Assembly (NCBI GenBank): GCA_035541435.1
Contig: DATKNL010000010.1
Coordinates: 30,250-94,249, forward strand
DNA length: 64,000 bases
Direction: 5' to 3'
Source: Minisyncoccota bacterium
GTDB lineage: Bacteria; Patescibacteriota; Minisyncoccia; UBA6257; 2-01-FULL-56-20
Position 1 is the stretch's first letter, and every line of letters starts with the position of its first letter. Of the stretch, positions 9,214 to 17,794 are shown one piece after another. Under the pieces are notes generated by a model. That model made no database searches. It was given only the letters and a program-made list of their open reading frames with translations, and was not told the origin of the DNA. The position numbers were made by a program, and so were the translations under genes.

Positions 9214-10944
9214 TCACCCCGTCCAATGGAACAGGAGGATCGAAAAATCTGTCAGATTGACCGTCCCGTCGCCGTTGAAGTCGGTTCCCGCGAAATCGGT
9301 GTTCCAATGGAAGAGCAGAATCGAAAAGTCGACGAGGTTCACCTTGCCGTCGCCGTTCACGTCGCCGATCAGACCCTTTGACGACGGATTCTTGCCGACG
9401 CCGAGATAGGCGGGGTTCGAATAGTTGCTGCTCCCGAAGCCCGCGAGCTCCGCGCGCGCCTTCACAAGGTAGGTGTCGACAGCGAATCCCTTCGTCGCGA
9501 GGTCGACGCTCCACGCACCCGCGCCGTTCGCGAGCGTCGTCGTCGTGACCGGATTCTGCGCGTTCGTCTGGCTGATGACGGCGAGCGTGACGAGCGAAAG
9601 CGGCGGCGCCGAACCCGCGATGATGACGTCCGACCCCGGCGATACCGTGCTCGTGGCGAGCGAGAGGCCGGGCGGCAGCAGGATGTTCGTCACGCTGTTC
9701 GTCGTGCCGAGCACCACCGTGAGCGTCGTCGTGTACGACGCGATCGCATCGCCCGCCGCATCCTCCTCGACGATCGTAAATGAATAGGTGCCTTGCGGAA
9801 GGGCCGGGATCGACACCGAAAAGATGCCGCCATCGCCCACCCGCGCCGTCATGATCTGTTTGCCGTCCTGCAGGATGCTGAGCGGCGTGCCCGGGACGCC
9901 GAGTCCTTTCAGGATGAGGCTCGGCTGCGGCGGCGGTGCCGGAAACGTGTCGCCGCCCCCGCCGCTCCCGCCACCCGTGCCGGGAAGCGCGACCGGACCG
10001 CCGCCCGTGCCGCCGCCCAGTCCCGTTCCCGTCGGATCGCCCGCCTTGAACTCGATCACGTAATCATTTGGATTCACGTTGCCGACGAAATCCATGCAGC
10101 GCACATAGATGTCATAGGTCGTCCCCTTCGCGAACGGTCCCATGAAGTTCGCGGTATGGAACGTACCGATCGACGTGTGCGCGAACCCGTTCGGCATCGC
10201 GTCATAGGCGACGCCCGACGACGTCGCATAACGGCACGTCGAATAGACGTCGGTGTTCACCGAGAGCAGCACGCCGTTCACGTTCGACGGGATCGTTCCC
10301 GACGGCATGCCGTTCGAAATGACCGCGGGGTTCACGCGGTCCTGGTTCACGTCGACGCCGACCGCCGGCAGGACGGCGGTCATCGCCGCGCCCTCGTCGA
10401 GCGGCGCGCCGCCGGCGTCATAGGTGTTCAAAAGGATGCGATAGGAGCCGGTCGAGCTCGGGTTCGTGATCTGGTCGATACCCTGGCCGCCGAAGGTCGC
10501 ATTCTGCCCGAGAAGGATCCGCACGTAGGAATTGGCCGGGATGCCGCCCCCCGACGAGAGCGTGACCGTCATCGGCCCCGTCGGCGCGCCGGCCGAAAAG
10601 CCGTCATGGGCCGCGTCGGGCGCCGCCGCAAGCGAACGGTCCGTGAAGTTGCCGATGGGCGACGTGGGCGATACGGCGATGTCCGCATCGCCGAAATCGA
10701 ACGAGGGATCGATCGAGAACGCATCGCCTTCGAACGTGATCACGATCGTGCCCGACGCCGGGATGCCGCTCGGGACGCCGAACACGATGCGGTGGTCCGC
10801 AACGGTCGACGGGCGCGAATCGGTCACGGTGTCGCTCACGAACGTGAGCCGCGCCGCGTGCGCGCCGTGCGCAAGCGCTAAAAAAACGGCTGCCGCAAGA
10901 CAGGTCGCCGTTACCGCGCGCGCTCGCCAGGTCGGGGTGTGCAC
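9214..10944 (-). CDS. Secreted multidomain protein with C-terminal dockerin
   Basis: Duplicated Ca-binding motif GDVNGDGKVNLVDFSILLFHW / DFNGDGTVNLTDFSILLFHW. Signal peptide ending AHA. GTG start 6 nt after TGGTAAAAT. Confidence 0.88.
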   Translation of the reverse strand: MHTPTWRARAVTATCLAAAVFLALAHGAHAARLTFVSDTVTDSRPSTVADHRIVFGVPSGIPASGTIVITFEGDAFSIDPSFDFGDADIAVSPTSPIGNFTDRSLAAAPDAAHDGFSAGAPTGPMTVTLSSGGGIPANSYVRILLGQNATFGGQGIDQITNPSSTGSYRILLNTYDAGGAPLDEGAAMTAVLPAVGVDVNQDRVNPAVISNGMPSGTIPSNVNGVLLSVNTDVYSTCRYATSSGVAYDAMPNGFAHTSIGTFHTANFMGPFAKGTTYDIYVRCMDFVGNVNPNDYVIEFKAGDPTGTGLGGGTGGGPVALPGTGGGSGGGGDTFPAPPPQPSLILKGLGVPGTPLSILQDGKQIMTARVGDGGIFSVSIPALPQGTYSFTIVEEDAAGDAIASYTTTLTVVLGTTNSVTNILLPPGLSLATSTVSPGSDVIIAGSAPPLSLVTLAVISQTNAQNPVTTTTLANGAGAWSVDLATKGFAVDTYLVKARAELAGFGSSNYSNPAYLGVGKNPSSKGLIGDVNGDGKVNLVDFSILLFHWNTDFAGTDFNGDGTVNLTDFSILLFHWTG

Positions 10945-10973
10945 GCTTTCATTTTACCACTCCTTCCGCGCCG

Positions 10974-11390
10974 TCAGGCGCCGCCGCCCGCCGCGGGTCC
11001 GCGGTCCTCATCGTGATTCGCCTCGCGCTCCGAACGTCGCCAGTCGAAATAGAAGTTGAGGCCGACGAGCAGCGCAAGGATGCCGACGATGACGATGAGA
11101 TAGCGCATGAGCGGCGACGATGCGGCCGCGCTCGAAGCCGCCGTGTCCGAGGCGAGCGCCTCCTTTTGCGCCTCGAGGTCGGCCTGCTCCATCTCGAGCT
11201 GGGTCTGCTTCGCATCGAGCTGGGCGTTCAGCGTGTTGTAGGGGTTCGGCTCGATGCCAAGCGTCACGCCGACCTGGGCGAGCATGCGTCCGGCCGTCGA
11301 CGACTCAAGCGCGCGGCTGCCGACGAAGCCGACGGCGATCAGTCCGATCGCCGCCATGCTGATGAAGACTCCGATGGCCTTGCGGAGCAT
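10974..11390 (-). CDS. Small membrane protein (N-terminal hydrophobic segment, coiled coil, C-terminal TM)
   Basis: QVGVTLGIEPNPYNTLNAQLDAKQTQLE coiled coil, TM YLIVIVGILALLVGLNFYF. Its ATG overlaps the upstream stop codon. Confidence 0.75.
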   Translation of the reverse strand: MLRKAIGVFISMAAIGLIAVGFVGSRALESSTAGRMLAQVGVTLGIEPNPYNTLNAQLDAKQTQLEMEQADLEAQKEALASDTAASSAAASSPLMRYLIVIVGILALLVGLNFYFDWRRSEREANHDEDRGPAAGGGA

Positions 11391-12469
11391 CAGCCAAAGA
11401 AGAAGAACAGGACGAGCAGGAAGACGATGGCGAAGATGGCGGTCGCGATAAGGATGAAGACGAGGCGCGAGAACGGCAGGCGGTCTTCGGCGAGGAACCG
11501 CTCCTCGGCCGAGGCGCCGCGGTCAGGGCGGCCCGACGTCATCGCGGCGACCCTGCGGCGCACATAGGCGCGCACGGACCAGACAAAGATGAGGACGAAG
11601 AACAGGATGCTCCCGAGGACGGCGATGATCGGGACGACCGGGATGATCCAGAACGAGACTTCGCGCGAGACCGTCTTCTGTCCCTGATCGCCGTAGGTGA
11701 GCGACATCACGGCGTCGAAACGGCCCATCATGAATCCGGTCCCCGTCCAATGCGCGGTGAAGCTGCGGTCGGTTCCCGGGAAGATCGCGGCGTTGCCGTC
11801 GTTCATGATCGCCTCGCCAACCTTCTGGCCGAACATGTTCATGATGTCGATCGGGCCGCGCGGACGAAGCAGCACGTTGCCGTCGTTGTGCGCGATCGCC
11901 GTAAACGTCACGTCGGGCGCCTGATAGAGCCCCTTGTCGGTGCTGAATTCCTGGATCTGCGCGTCTTCGGTCGCCTCGCCCGCGATGCGGAGGTCGATGA
12001 GCGATCCGACCTCATAGCCGATGCCCGTTCCCGTGAAGGCCGGCCGCTTGGCGCCGAGCGTCACGAAGATCGCGCCATAATGGCCGCCCGGAGCCGCGGT
12101 CTTCGGGACCGTGATCGTGAAGGGAACGACGGCGCTGCCGTTCGCGGGAATGGTGATGACGGGATTCGCGATCGAAACCCACGAGCTCAGGCCGTATTCG
12201 GGGACCGATGACGACGTGAAGACCGGCTGTCCGGTCGCCGTCATGTCCGATATGTTCTCGACGGTCACCGTGAACTGCTTCGCCGTCGGATCAGGGTTCG
12301 TCACCGTGATCGACGTCGAGAACGTGTCGCCCGGGTTGACGAGCTGCTCAAAAAGCGCTGGCTGGACTTTGATACCCGTTCCGACCGTCTGCGTTTGTGC
12401 GTGGGCAAGGGGGAGCGCGACCGCTGCGACGATGGCAATCGCCATCAGTCCTTTCAACGCGTTTTTCAT
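11390..12469 (-). CDS. DUF916/WxL-interacting-protein-like (PapD-like Ig fold) membrane-anchored protein, paralogue 1
   Basis: P...ITVPKTAAPGGHYGAIFV and NDGNVLLRPRGPIDI.NMFG motifs, signal peptide, two C-terminal TM segments. Alternative start 12481. Confidence 0.72.
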   Translation of the reverse strand: MKNALKGLMAIAIVAAVALPLAHAQTQTVGTGIKVQPALFEQLVNPGDTFSTSITVTNPDPTAKQFTVTVENISDMTATGQPVFTSSSVPEYGLSSWVSIANPVITIPANGSAVVPFTITVPKTAAPGGHYGAIFVTLGAKRPAFTGTGIGYEVGSLIDLRIAGEATEDAQIQEFSTDKGLYQAPDVTFTAIAHNDGNVLLRPRGPIDIMNMFGQKVGEAIMNDGNAAIFPGTDRSFTAHWTGTGFMMGRFDAVMSLTYGDQGQKTVSREVSFWIIPVVPIIAVLGSILFFVLIFVWSVRAYVRRRVAAMTSGRPDRGASAEERFLAEDRLPFSRLVFILIATAIFAIVFLLVLFFFFG

Positions 12470-12523
12470 GGTTTGCTTCATCGTATCACGAGAGTTCCCG
12501 GTCGACAATGCACATGATCCAGC

Positions 12524-12551
12524 AAAAAACCCCGAGGATTCGGGGTTTTTC
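12524..12551. terminator. Bidirectional intrinsic terminator after the putative major subunit gene
   Basis: AAAAAACCCCGA-GGAT-TCGGGGTTTTTT perfect hairpin with A/T tracts on both sides. Confidence 0.85.
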
Positions 12552-12561
12552 GGCGTCTTCC

Positions 12562-13680
12562 TTAGAAGACCGGGGTTGCGACGTAGATGAGGTTATTCGT
12601 GTAATCGTTGGCCGCAGGTTGCAGCGGGCTGATTTCGATGCGGAAGGCGACTTTCGCCGCGCCTACGTTCTGCGTCACGCCGTCAGCCGGACCGGTCCAG
12701 GCGAAGACCGTGAGCGTCGATGTCGGCTGGAAGCTGCCGGCGTAGAGCGGGGTCGACGTTCCGAAGGCCAGGGTGCCGCTTGCGTCGTCGCTCGTGATGC
12801 CGAAGTGGCCATAGGTGTTCGGGTTGTTGATCGTATTGGCCGGAGCCGCCCATGAGCTCGGAACGCTCGTCGCGTTCGCGTCGCGGAAGAGGTGGATCTT
12901 GAACCCTGTCTGGCTCGTGAGATCCTGGTCCTCATGCACCGTCACGGCGAACCCGTTCGCGGCGTTGGTCGTCACGTTCAGCTGTTGGCCAAGTTCGGCA
13001 TGGGTGTTTGGCGCGATCGTCCCGAATGGCAGCGACGTCGTCGCGGAGGCCCCGGTCGTCGTCGCCCCGTTGCCAAGCGTCGTGCTCGTCGCCAGGCCGC
13101 CGACGGTGAAGGTGAAGGTCGTCGCGACCGCCGCGGTCACGTTCACGCCGTTCACGATGGCTACGCGGGTATCGGCCGAGTTGAGCTGGGTTCCGTTGAT
13201 CCTGATGATATAGGAACCGGTACTCGTCGGATTCGTGATCTTGTTGTTGAGGACCTGCAGGGTGATCGTACCGGCGTTCACGGTGTTTCCTGCACAGACC
13301 GTAAACGTCAGCGCGTTCGTGCTGGTTGTCATGCTCACGCGGTTCGATCCCGCGCTGCAGCTGCTCACAATCGACATGCCGGTCGACGTCACATCGGCTA
13401 AGCCGACCGTTTGGACGCCGGTAAAGAGGCTGCCCGTCGGGTCGAAGGTATAAACGATGGTCTGCGTGGCGGTCGTGGAGGTCGAGTTCGTATAGACGAT
13501 CGTGTGATTCGCGGCAAAACCGGGGCGCGAATCGGACAACGTGTCGCTCACCTGGGTGAGGTTTACGGCATGCGCGACCGAAATGGCATGCAGCAGGGTC
13601 GTCCACGCGAGAATGCTGATCACCAACCCGGCGGCAACGGCGACCGTCAAATCTTTCTTGAGATACTTTTGGGAAACCAT
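12562..13680 (-). CDS. Secreted two-domain pilin/WxL-like protein, putative major fibre subunit
   Basis: Signal peptide ending VAHA, internal VNVTAAVATTFTFTV, C-terminus NDYTNNLIYVATPVF. Has its own upstream intergenic region and a downstream terminator. Alternative start 13731. Confidence 0.7.
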   Translation of the reverse strand: MVSQKYLKKDLTVAVAAGLVISILAWTTLLHAISVAHAVNLTQVSDTLSDSRPGFAANHTIVYTNSTSTTATQTIVYTFDPTGSLFTGVQTVGLADVTSTGMSIVSSCSAGSNRVSMTTSTNALTFTVCAGNTVNAGTITLQVLNNKITNPTSTGSYIIRINGTQLNSADTRVAIVNGVNVTAAVATTFTFTVGGLATSTTLGNGATTTGASATTSLPFGTIAPNTHAELGQQLNVTTNAANGFAVTVHEDQDLTSQTGFKIHLFRDANATSVPSSWAAPANTINNPNTYGHFGITSDDASGTLAFGTSTPLYAGSFQPTSTLTVFAWTGPADGVTQNVGAAKVAFRIEISPLQPAANDYTNNLIYVATPVF

Positions 13681-13765
13681 GTCTTTTGGGGAAAACGTAA
13701 GGACCTTTTTGGTTCTGTTCTTACCATTCATTATCTAAACAGATTGTAAACACCGCAAGGACCAC

Positions 13766-13774
13766 TTATCCACA
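13766..13774 (+). promoter_or_regulatory. Perfect DnaA box
   Basis: TTATCCACA in the intergenic region upstream of the putative major subunit gene. Confidence 0.65.
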
Positions 13775-13796
13775 AGCCGTCAAGGGTCTTTCCCGA

Positions 13797-14912
13797 TCAC
13801 CGTCGTTTTCTCAGATCAACGACGTCGGAGGACTCCTCTTTATTATGTTTTTCATGCGGCGCGACCGCTTCCTGAGGCGACGGATGAGCCGGGGGCGGAA
13901 CGGGCGGAATGCCGGCGAGGCCGCCCCACTGCCCCATTTCCCGCATGAGGGTCCTCTTTATATAACGTCGCACGAAGATCACGAAGCAGACGATGACCGC
14001 AAGGAACCCGCCGACGTCCTCAACGACCTTCTTCCACGGCAGAACCCAGAACGTGATCGTCTGCGAAACCGTCTTCGACTGATCGCTCCCATAGGCAAGG
14101 GTGACGACCGCCGTATATTCGCCGATCCCCCACAGCGTCATCGGACCCTGCCACTCCGCGCCGAACCTTCTCGTGCTCGAAGGGAGGACGTAGCCGAGGT
14201 CGCGTCCCTGGTTGATGCTCACGCGCCCGGCTTCGTGGCCGAGCATCGTGTAGACCTCGATCTGTCCCGCGGGACGCAGGTGAACATTGCCGTCGTTCGC
14301 GAACCTGATCGTGAAGTTCACGTCGGGATCCGCATACCACGACCGGTCGGACGAGAATTCCTGGATGGCGCCCGATTCCTTCACGTCGCCCGACACGCTC
14401 ACGAAGATGAGCGCCGAGATATAGCTGCTCACGCCGACGAACGATCCGTTGCCTGACTTCGCCGCAGGCGGCGTGCCGATGAGGATCGCTGCGTAATGGC
14501 CGCCGGGCGACGCGTCCTTCGGGACGGTGACCGAAAACGGGACGTCGGCCGCCGTCCCCGGCGGGACGGTGACGGACGGCTCGCGGACCGTGATCCAGTT
14601 CGCAAGCTGATCGGTGTCGTTCGCGATGTTCGCAAGCGGCACGAACGTGCCGTGCCCCTGGTCGTCGGACGGCGCGAACCCGGCCGTGACGGCCCGCACG
14701 GTGAGACTCGACGTGTTCGTGTTCACGACCCTGATCGAACTCGACCACGAGTCGCCCGGACTCACGTTCAGCGTAAAGAACGGCGGCGTGATCGTGAGCG
14801 AAGTCGCGCCTTCGGATTGCGCGTGCGAGAGGAGCGGAGCGGCGCACGCTGCCGCCAGGGTGACGGCCGCGCACGATGCGAATATTTTTTTCACGGTCGA
14901 CGTCGTATTCAT
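13797..14912 (-). CDS. DUF916-like membrane-anchored protein, paralogue 2
   Basis: TVPKDASPGGHYAAILI and NDGNVHLRPAGQIEV.TMLG. Signal peptide from MNTTSTVKKIF. C-terminal TM and tail ending DVVDLRKRR. Confidence 0.72.
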   Translation of the reverse strand: MNTTSTVKKIFASCAAVTLAAACAAPLLSHAQSEGATSLTITPPFFTLNVSPGDSWSSSIRVVNTNTSSLTVRAVTAGFAPSDDQGHGTFVPLANIANDTDQLANWITVREPSVTVPPGTAADVPFSVTVPKDASPGGHYAAILIGTPPAAKSGNGSFVGVSSYISALIFVSVSGDVKESGAIQEFSSDRSWYADPDVNFTIRFANDGNVHLRPAGQIEVYTMLGHEAGRVSINQGRDLGYVLPSSTRRFGAEWQGPMTLWGIGEYTAVVTLAYGSDQSKTVSQTITFWVLPWKKVVEDVGGFLAVIVCFVIFVRRYIKRTLMREMGQWGGLAGIPPVPPPAHPSPQEAVAPHEKHNKEESSDVVDLRKRR

Positions 14913-15949
14913 ATTCGTGTTCGTGTGCGCGATGTCCGATGCGCATAGGGAGGCCGCGGCGGTTCCGCATCGCGCGGCCCGCGAAGATCGACCACATCCC
15001 TGCGCTTCATGAGATGGGCGATCACGCTCTTCCGCCGATGGTGGCGCTTCAGATAGGACCGGTGCAGCGCGACCGCAACGATGATGACGAGCGCGAGCAG
15101 TCCCGCAAAGAGCGCGAGAAGTTTCTGCCACGGCATCACCCACACGAGCGCCGTATCCGCGAGCTGCGCATCGCGCGCGCCATAGGTCGCTTCGAGGCTC
15201 GCCTTATATTCGCCCATCCCCGAACCGCCGCCGTCCCATCGCGCGGTGAACGTCTTCGTGTCGCCCGGCGCGATCGCGACGCCCGAAGGGTTCGCGGGGA
15301 CCGATCCGAGCTCGTGCCCGATGTTGTCATAAAAGATGACCGATCCCGCGGGTGTCGTCACGACCGTGCCGTCGTTCCGGATCTGATAGCTTATGACGAC
15401 GGGAAATCCCGATGAAAAGCGCTTTTCGGGGCCGAATTGCACGAGCTGCAGGTCCTCTTTTGCATCCGAGGCAACGGTGAAGTTGACGAGCGTTTGCGGG
15501 GCTCCCGTGAGATGCTGCTCGGCTTCGTCCCTCGTGGAACCCTCGACGAAGGCGATGACCGCATGATAGTCGCCGGCGGTCGCATACGGGTTCACATTGA
15601 TCTCGACCGGCACCGTTTTCGATTCGCCCGGCGCGAAGATCATGGCCCCGCGCGTGACGCTGATCCAGTCGGCGAGCAGCGCGGGACGGTCCGATGTCGA
15701 GGGATCGGTGAACGGCTGGCTGCCGTCGGCCGTGAGCTCGTAGACCGACGCGAAGACGTTCACCTGATGATCGGTGACGTTCGTCACGGTGAGCGAATAG
15801 TCGGATATGTCGTGCGGCAATCCGTGGGCGTCGATCACCGCGGGCGTAACGGTGAGATCGGGAGCCGCATGGGCGACGGCGGCGCCCGCTCCGGGCAGGA
15901 TGCCGCTCGTCATGACCGCGACCGCGATTGCGATGAGGACGTTCTTCAT
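14909..15949 (-). CDS. DUF916-like membrane-anchored protein, paralogue 3
   Basis: NPYATAGDYHAVIAF and NDGTVVTTPAGSVIFYDNIG. Signal peptide MKNVLIAIAV...AHA. TM plus tail with DVVDLR. Confidence 0.7.
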   Translation of the reverse strand: MKNVLIAIAVAVMTSGILPGAGAAVAHAAPDLTVTPAVIDAHGLPHDISDYSLTVTNVTDHQVNVFASVYELTADGSQPFTDPSTSDRPALLADWISVTRGAMIFAPGESKTVPVEINVNPYATAGDYHAVIAFVEGSTRDEAEQHLTGAPQTLVNFTVASDAKEDLQLVQFGPEKRFSSGFPVVISYQIRNDGTVVTTPAGSVIFYDNIGHELGSVPANPSGVAIAPGDTKTFTARWDGGGSGMGEYKASLEATYGARDAQLADTALVWVMPWQKLLALFAGLLALVIIVAVALHRSYLKRHHRRKSVIAHLMKRRDVVDLRGPRDAEPPRPPYAHRTSRTRTRI

Positions 15950-17277
15950 CAGTATGATGGCGTCGCGACGTAGACGACATTGTCGCCATAGGAACCGTTC
16001 ACCTGGGTCGCGCCCGCCTGGATGCGATAGACGACGTCCACCGTGCTGCTCGACACCGGCACCGATCCATAGCCGATCTCGGCGGGCGTCGACGTGAGCG
16101 CCGCATAGGTGTCGTTCGCCGCGAAGCGCGTCGAGCCGCCGGCGAGCACCGGACTGCCCGGATGATAGCCGTAGCATGCGGTCGACGTCGCAAGGCATGC
16201 GCTCGTCCACGGCAGCGGGCTCACGTTCGTTCCCGCGACGCCGGGAATCGAATGCCCCTGCCCATCGGTGAGTGGCGAATCCTGATAGGCATAGATCTCA
16301 TAGCCGTTGCCTGCGTTCGTCGTGATCGAGAGCCGCTGCGCGCCCGCGACGCTCGTCGCGATGACGAGCGTTCCGAACGAGATCGAGGTCGCCGTCGTCG
16401 AGACGCCGGTCACGACGCCGTTCGTGCTCGTCCCTTGCGGGAGGCCGCTCACGCTGAACGTGAGCGCCGCGCCGGCGGTGAGCAGGCTCGGATAGGATGA
16501 CGTGGCATAGAGCGGCGCCGGCACGCCGGTGTCCGCATAGACGGGCCTGAAGAAATAGGTCGTGCCCGCGCTCGGCGCGATCCCCTGGACGGTGAATTCG
16601 AATTCCGCGGTGCTGCTCGCCGCCTGGGTGAACGTGCTCGTGCTCGTGCCCGACGTGTTGTGCGTGCCGCAGCCCGTGCCCGAGCCGGCCGCGCACGGCC
16701 CGCTCGTCGAGAGCACCGTCGACGATACGACGGCGTTGTCCGTGCCGCCCCCGGCGACCGACGCGTAGCACCACGTCGACGACGCCACGCAGCTGCCGAT
16801 GTCCGTCACGGCCGAGACGGCGGCGGAAAAATCGGAATAGGTCGAGTATTGCAGCGCGTACTTCACGTTGTCGGCGCCGACGCCGCCCGTCTCGCGGATG
16901 TCGATCCGCAGCTTGATCGCCTGGTTCGAGGCGATGTTCGACGGCGCGACGTTTTCTGCGGCAAGGGGACTCACGGGCTTCTCGTCGGCAGCGTCGCTGT
17001 ACCATCGCCATGCGTAGGACCGCGGCGCGAAGTCCGCATAGTTCTCCGGTCCCGCGTGATCAAGAAAGCTCGCGCTCGAGGCGTTCCCATTCACGAACGG
17101 CGTCGCGCCGCTCAGGACCTGGAAGTCCGTCGACGAGGACGATCCCGAAAAGAATCCGACATACGAATCCTCGACAAGAAAATGCGTGCTCGAAGCGATG
17201 TCGGCGCGCGACAGGAACGGAGCGGCAAGCGCAAGCACCGCCGCAGCTCCGAGTATGCCGAGCGTCCGCCGTGTCAT
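15949..17277 (-). CDS. Secreted protein with C-terminal pilin/WxL-like domain, putative tip or minor subunit
   Basis: Signal peptide. The C-terminal domain (LTFSVSG...SFGTL...QRLSITTNAGNGY...SYGDNVVYVATPSY) is visibly homologous to 12562..13680. Confidence 0.7.
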   Translation of the reverse strand: MTRRTLGILGAAAVLALAAPFLSRADIASSTHFLVEDSYVGFFSGSSSSTDFQVLSGATPFVNGNASSASFLDHAGPENYADFAPRSYAWRWYSDAADEKPVSPLAAENVAPSNIASNQAIKLRIDIRETGGVGADNVKYALQYSTYSDFSAAVSAVTDIGSCVASSTWCYASVAGGGTDNAVVSSTVLSTSGPCAAGSGTGCGTHNTSGTSTSTFTQAASSTAEFEFTVQGIAPSAGTTYFFRPVYADTGVPAPLYATSSYPSLLTAGAALTFSVSGLPQGTSTNGVVTGVSTTATSISFGTLVIATSVAGAQRLSITTNAGNGYEIYAYQDSPLTDGQGHSIPGVAGTNVSPLPWTSACLATSTACYGYHPGSPVLAGGSTRFAANDTYAALTSTPAEIGYGSVPVSSSTVDVVYRIQAGATQVNGSYGDNVVYVATPSY

Positions 17278-17280
17278 GGG

Positions 17281-17751
17281 CTAGTGGGAAAGGCTCTTGA
17301 TGGCCGCGACGACGGCGCTGTCAGGACGGAGCGTTTCCCAGAAGAAGATCTGTCCCATCGGGATCACCATCGCGTCCGTCGGACCGTGAATCTCGCTCCC
17401 CAGGCGCACCAGCTTGAGATTCGACTGGTCGGTTGCCCCCGAAAGGTCCTGCGCGTTGGGCGCGACCTGCAGATAATAGACGTCCGTCAGCGTGACCGTC
17501 GACGAGAACGGCACGTGAGAAAAATGCCCGAAATAGACCTGGTTGTTCGTGAGGAACACCGCCTGCCAGCTCGAGCGCGCCGCCGCATACGAGGAAAGTC
17601 CCCACGCGGCCACAGCGATCACGACGATCACGAGGAACCACTTGACGAACGTCCGCATGCCGCGGGGCCTGACGCTCCCGGGCCTCGGCGGCACATGCGG
17701 CGTCCCCGTCGGACCGGGCGCGCCATTCAGATTGAGTGTTGTGTTAGCCAT
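17281..17751 (-). CDS. Conserved CPR-type single-TM hypothetical protein
   Basis: TM followed by WQAVFLTNNQVYFG...DVYYLQ...LVRLGSEIHGP.D.M.I...IFFWETL, a motif set I recognise from Patescibacteria hypothetical proteins. Confidence 0.75.
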   Translation of the reverse strand: MANTTLNLNGAPGPTGTPHVPPRPGSVRPRGMRTFVKWFLVIVVIAVAAWGLSSYAAARSSWQAVFLTNNQVYFGHFSHVPFSSTVTLTDVYYLQVAPNAQDLSGATDQSNLKLVRLGSEIHGPTDAMVIPMGQIFFWETLRPDSAVVAAIKSLSH

Positions 17752-17794
17752 GAAAATGATGATTGGGTTTGGTGTCTGGATCAATTCCTCGGGC

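Noticed and set aside
6769-10944. Cellulosome interpretation of cohesin plus dockerin
   Set aside because: Single cohesin, and no recognisable glycoside hydrolase or CBM catalytic partner in the window.
11390-17277. Sortase-assembled or type IV pilus interpretation of the subunit genes
   Set aside because: No LPxTG sorting signals, no sortase and no class III (G|FTLxE) prepilin leaders. The leaders are AxA signal peptidase I type.
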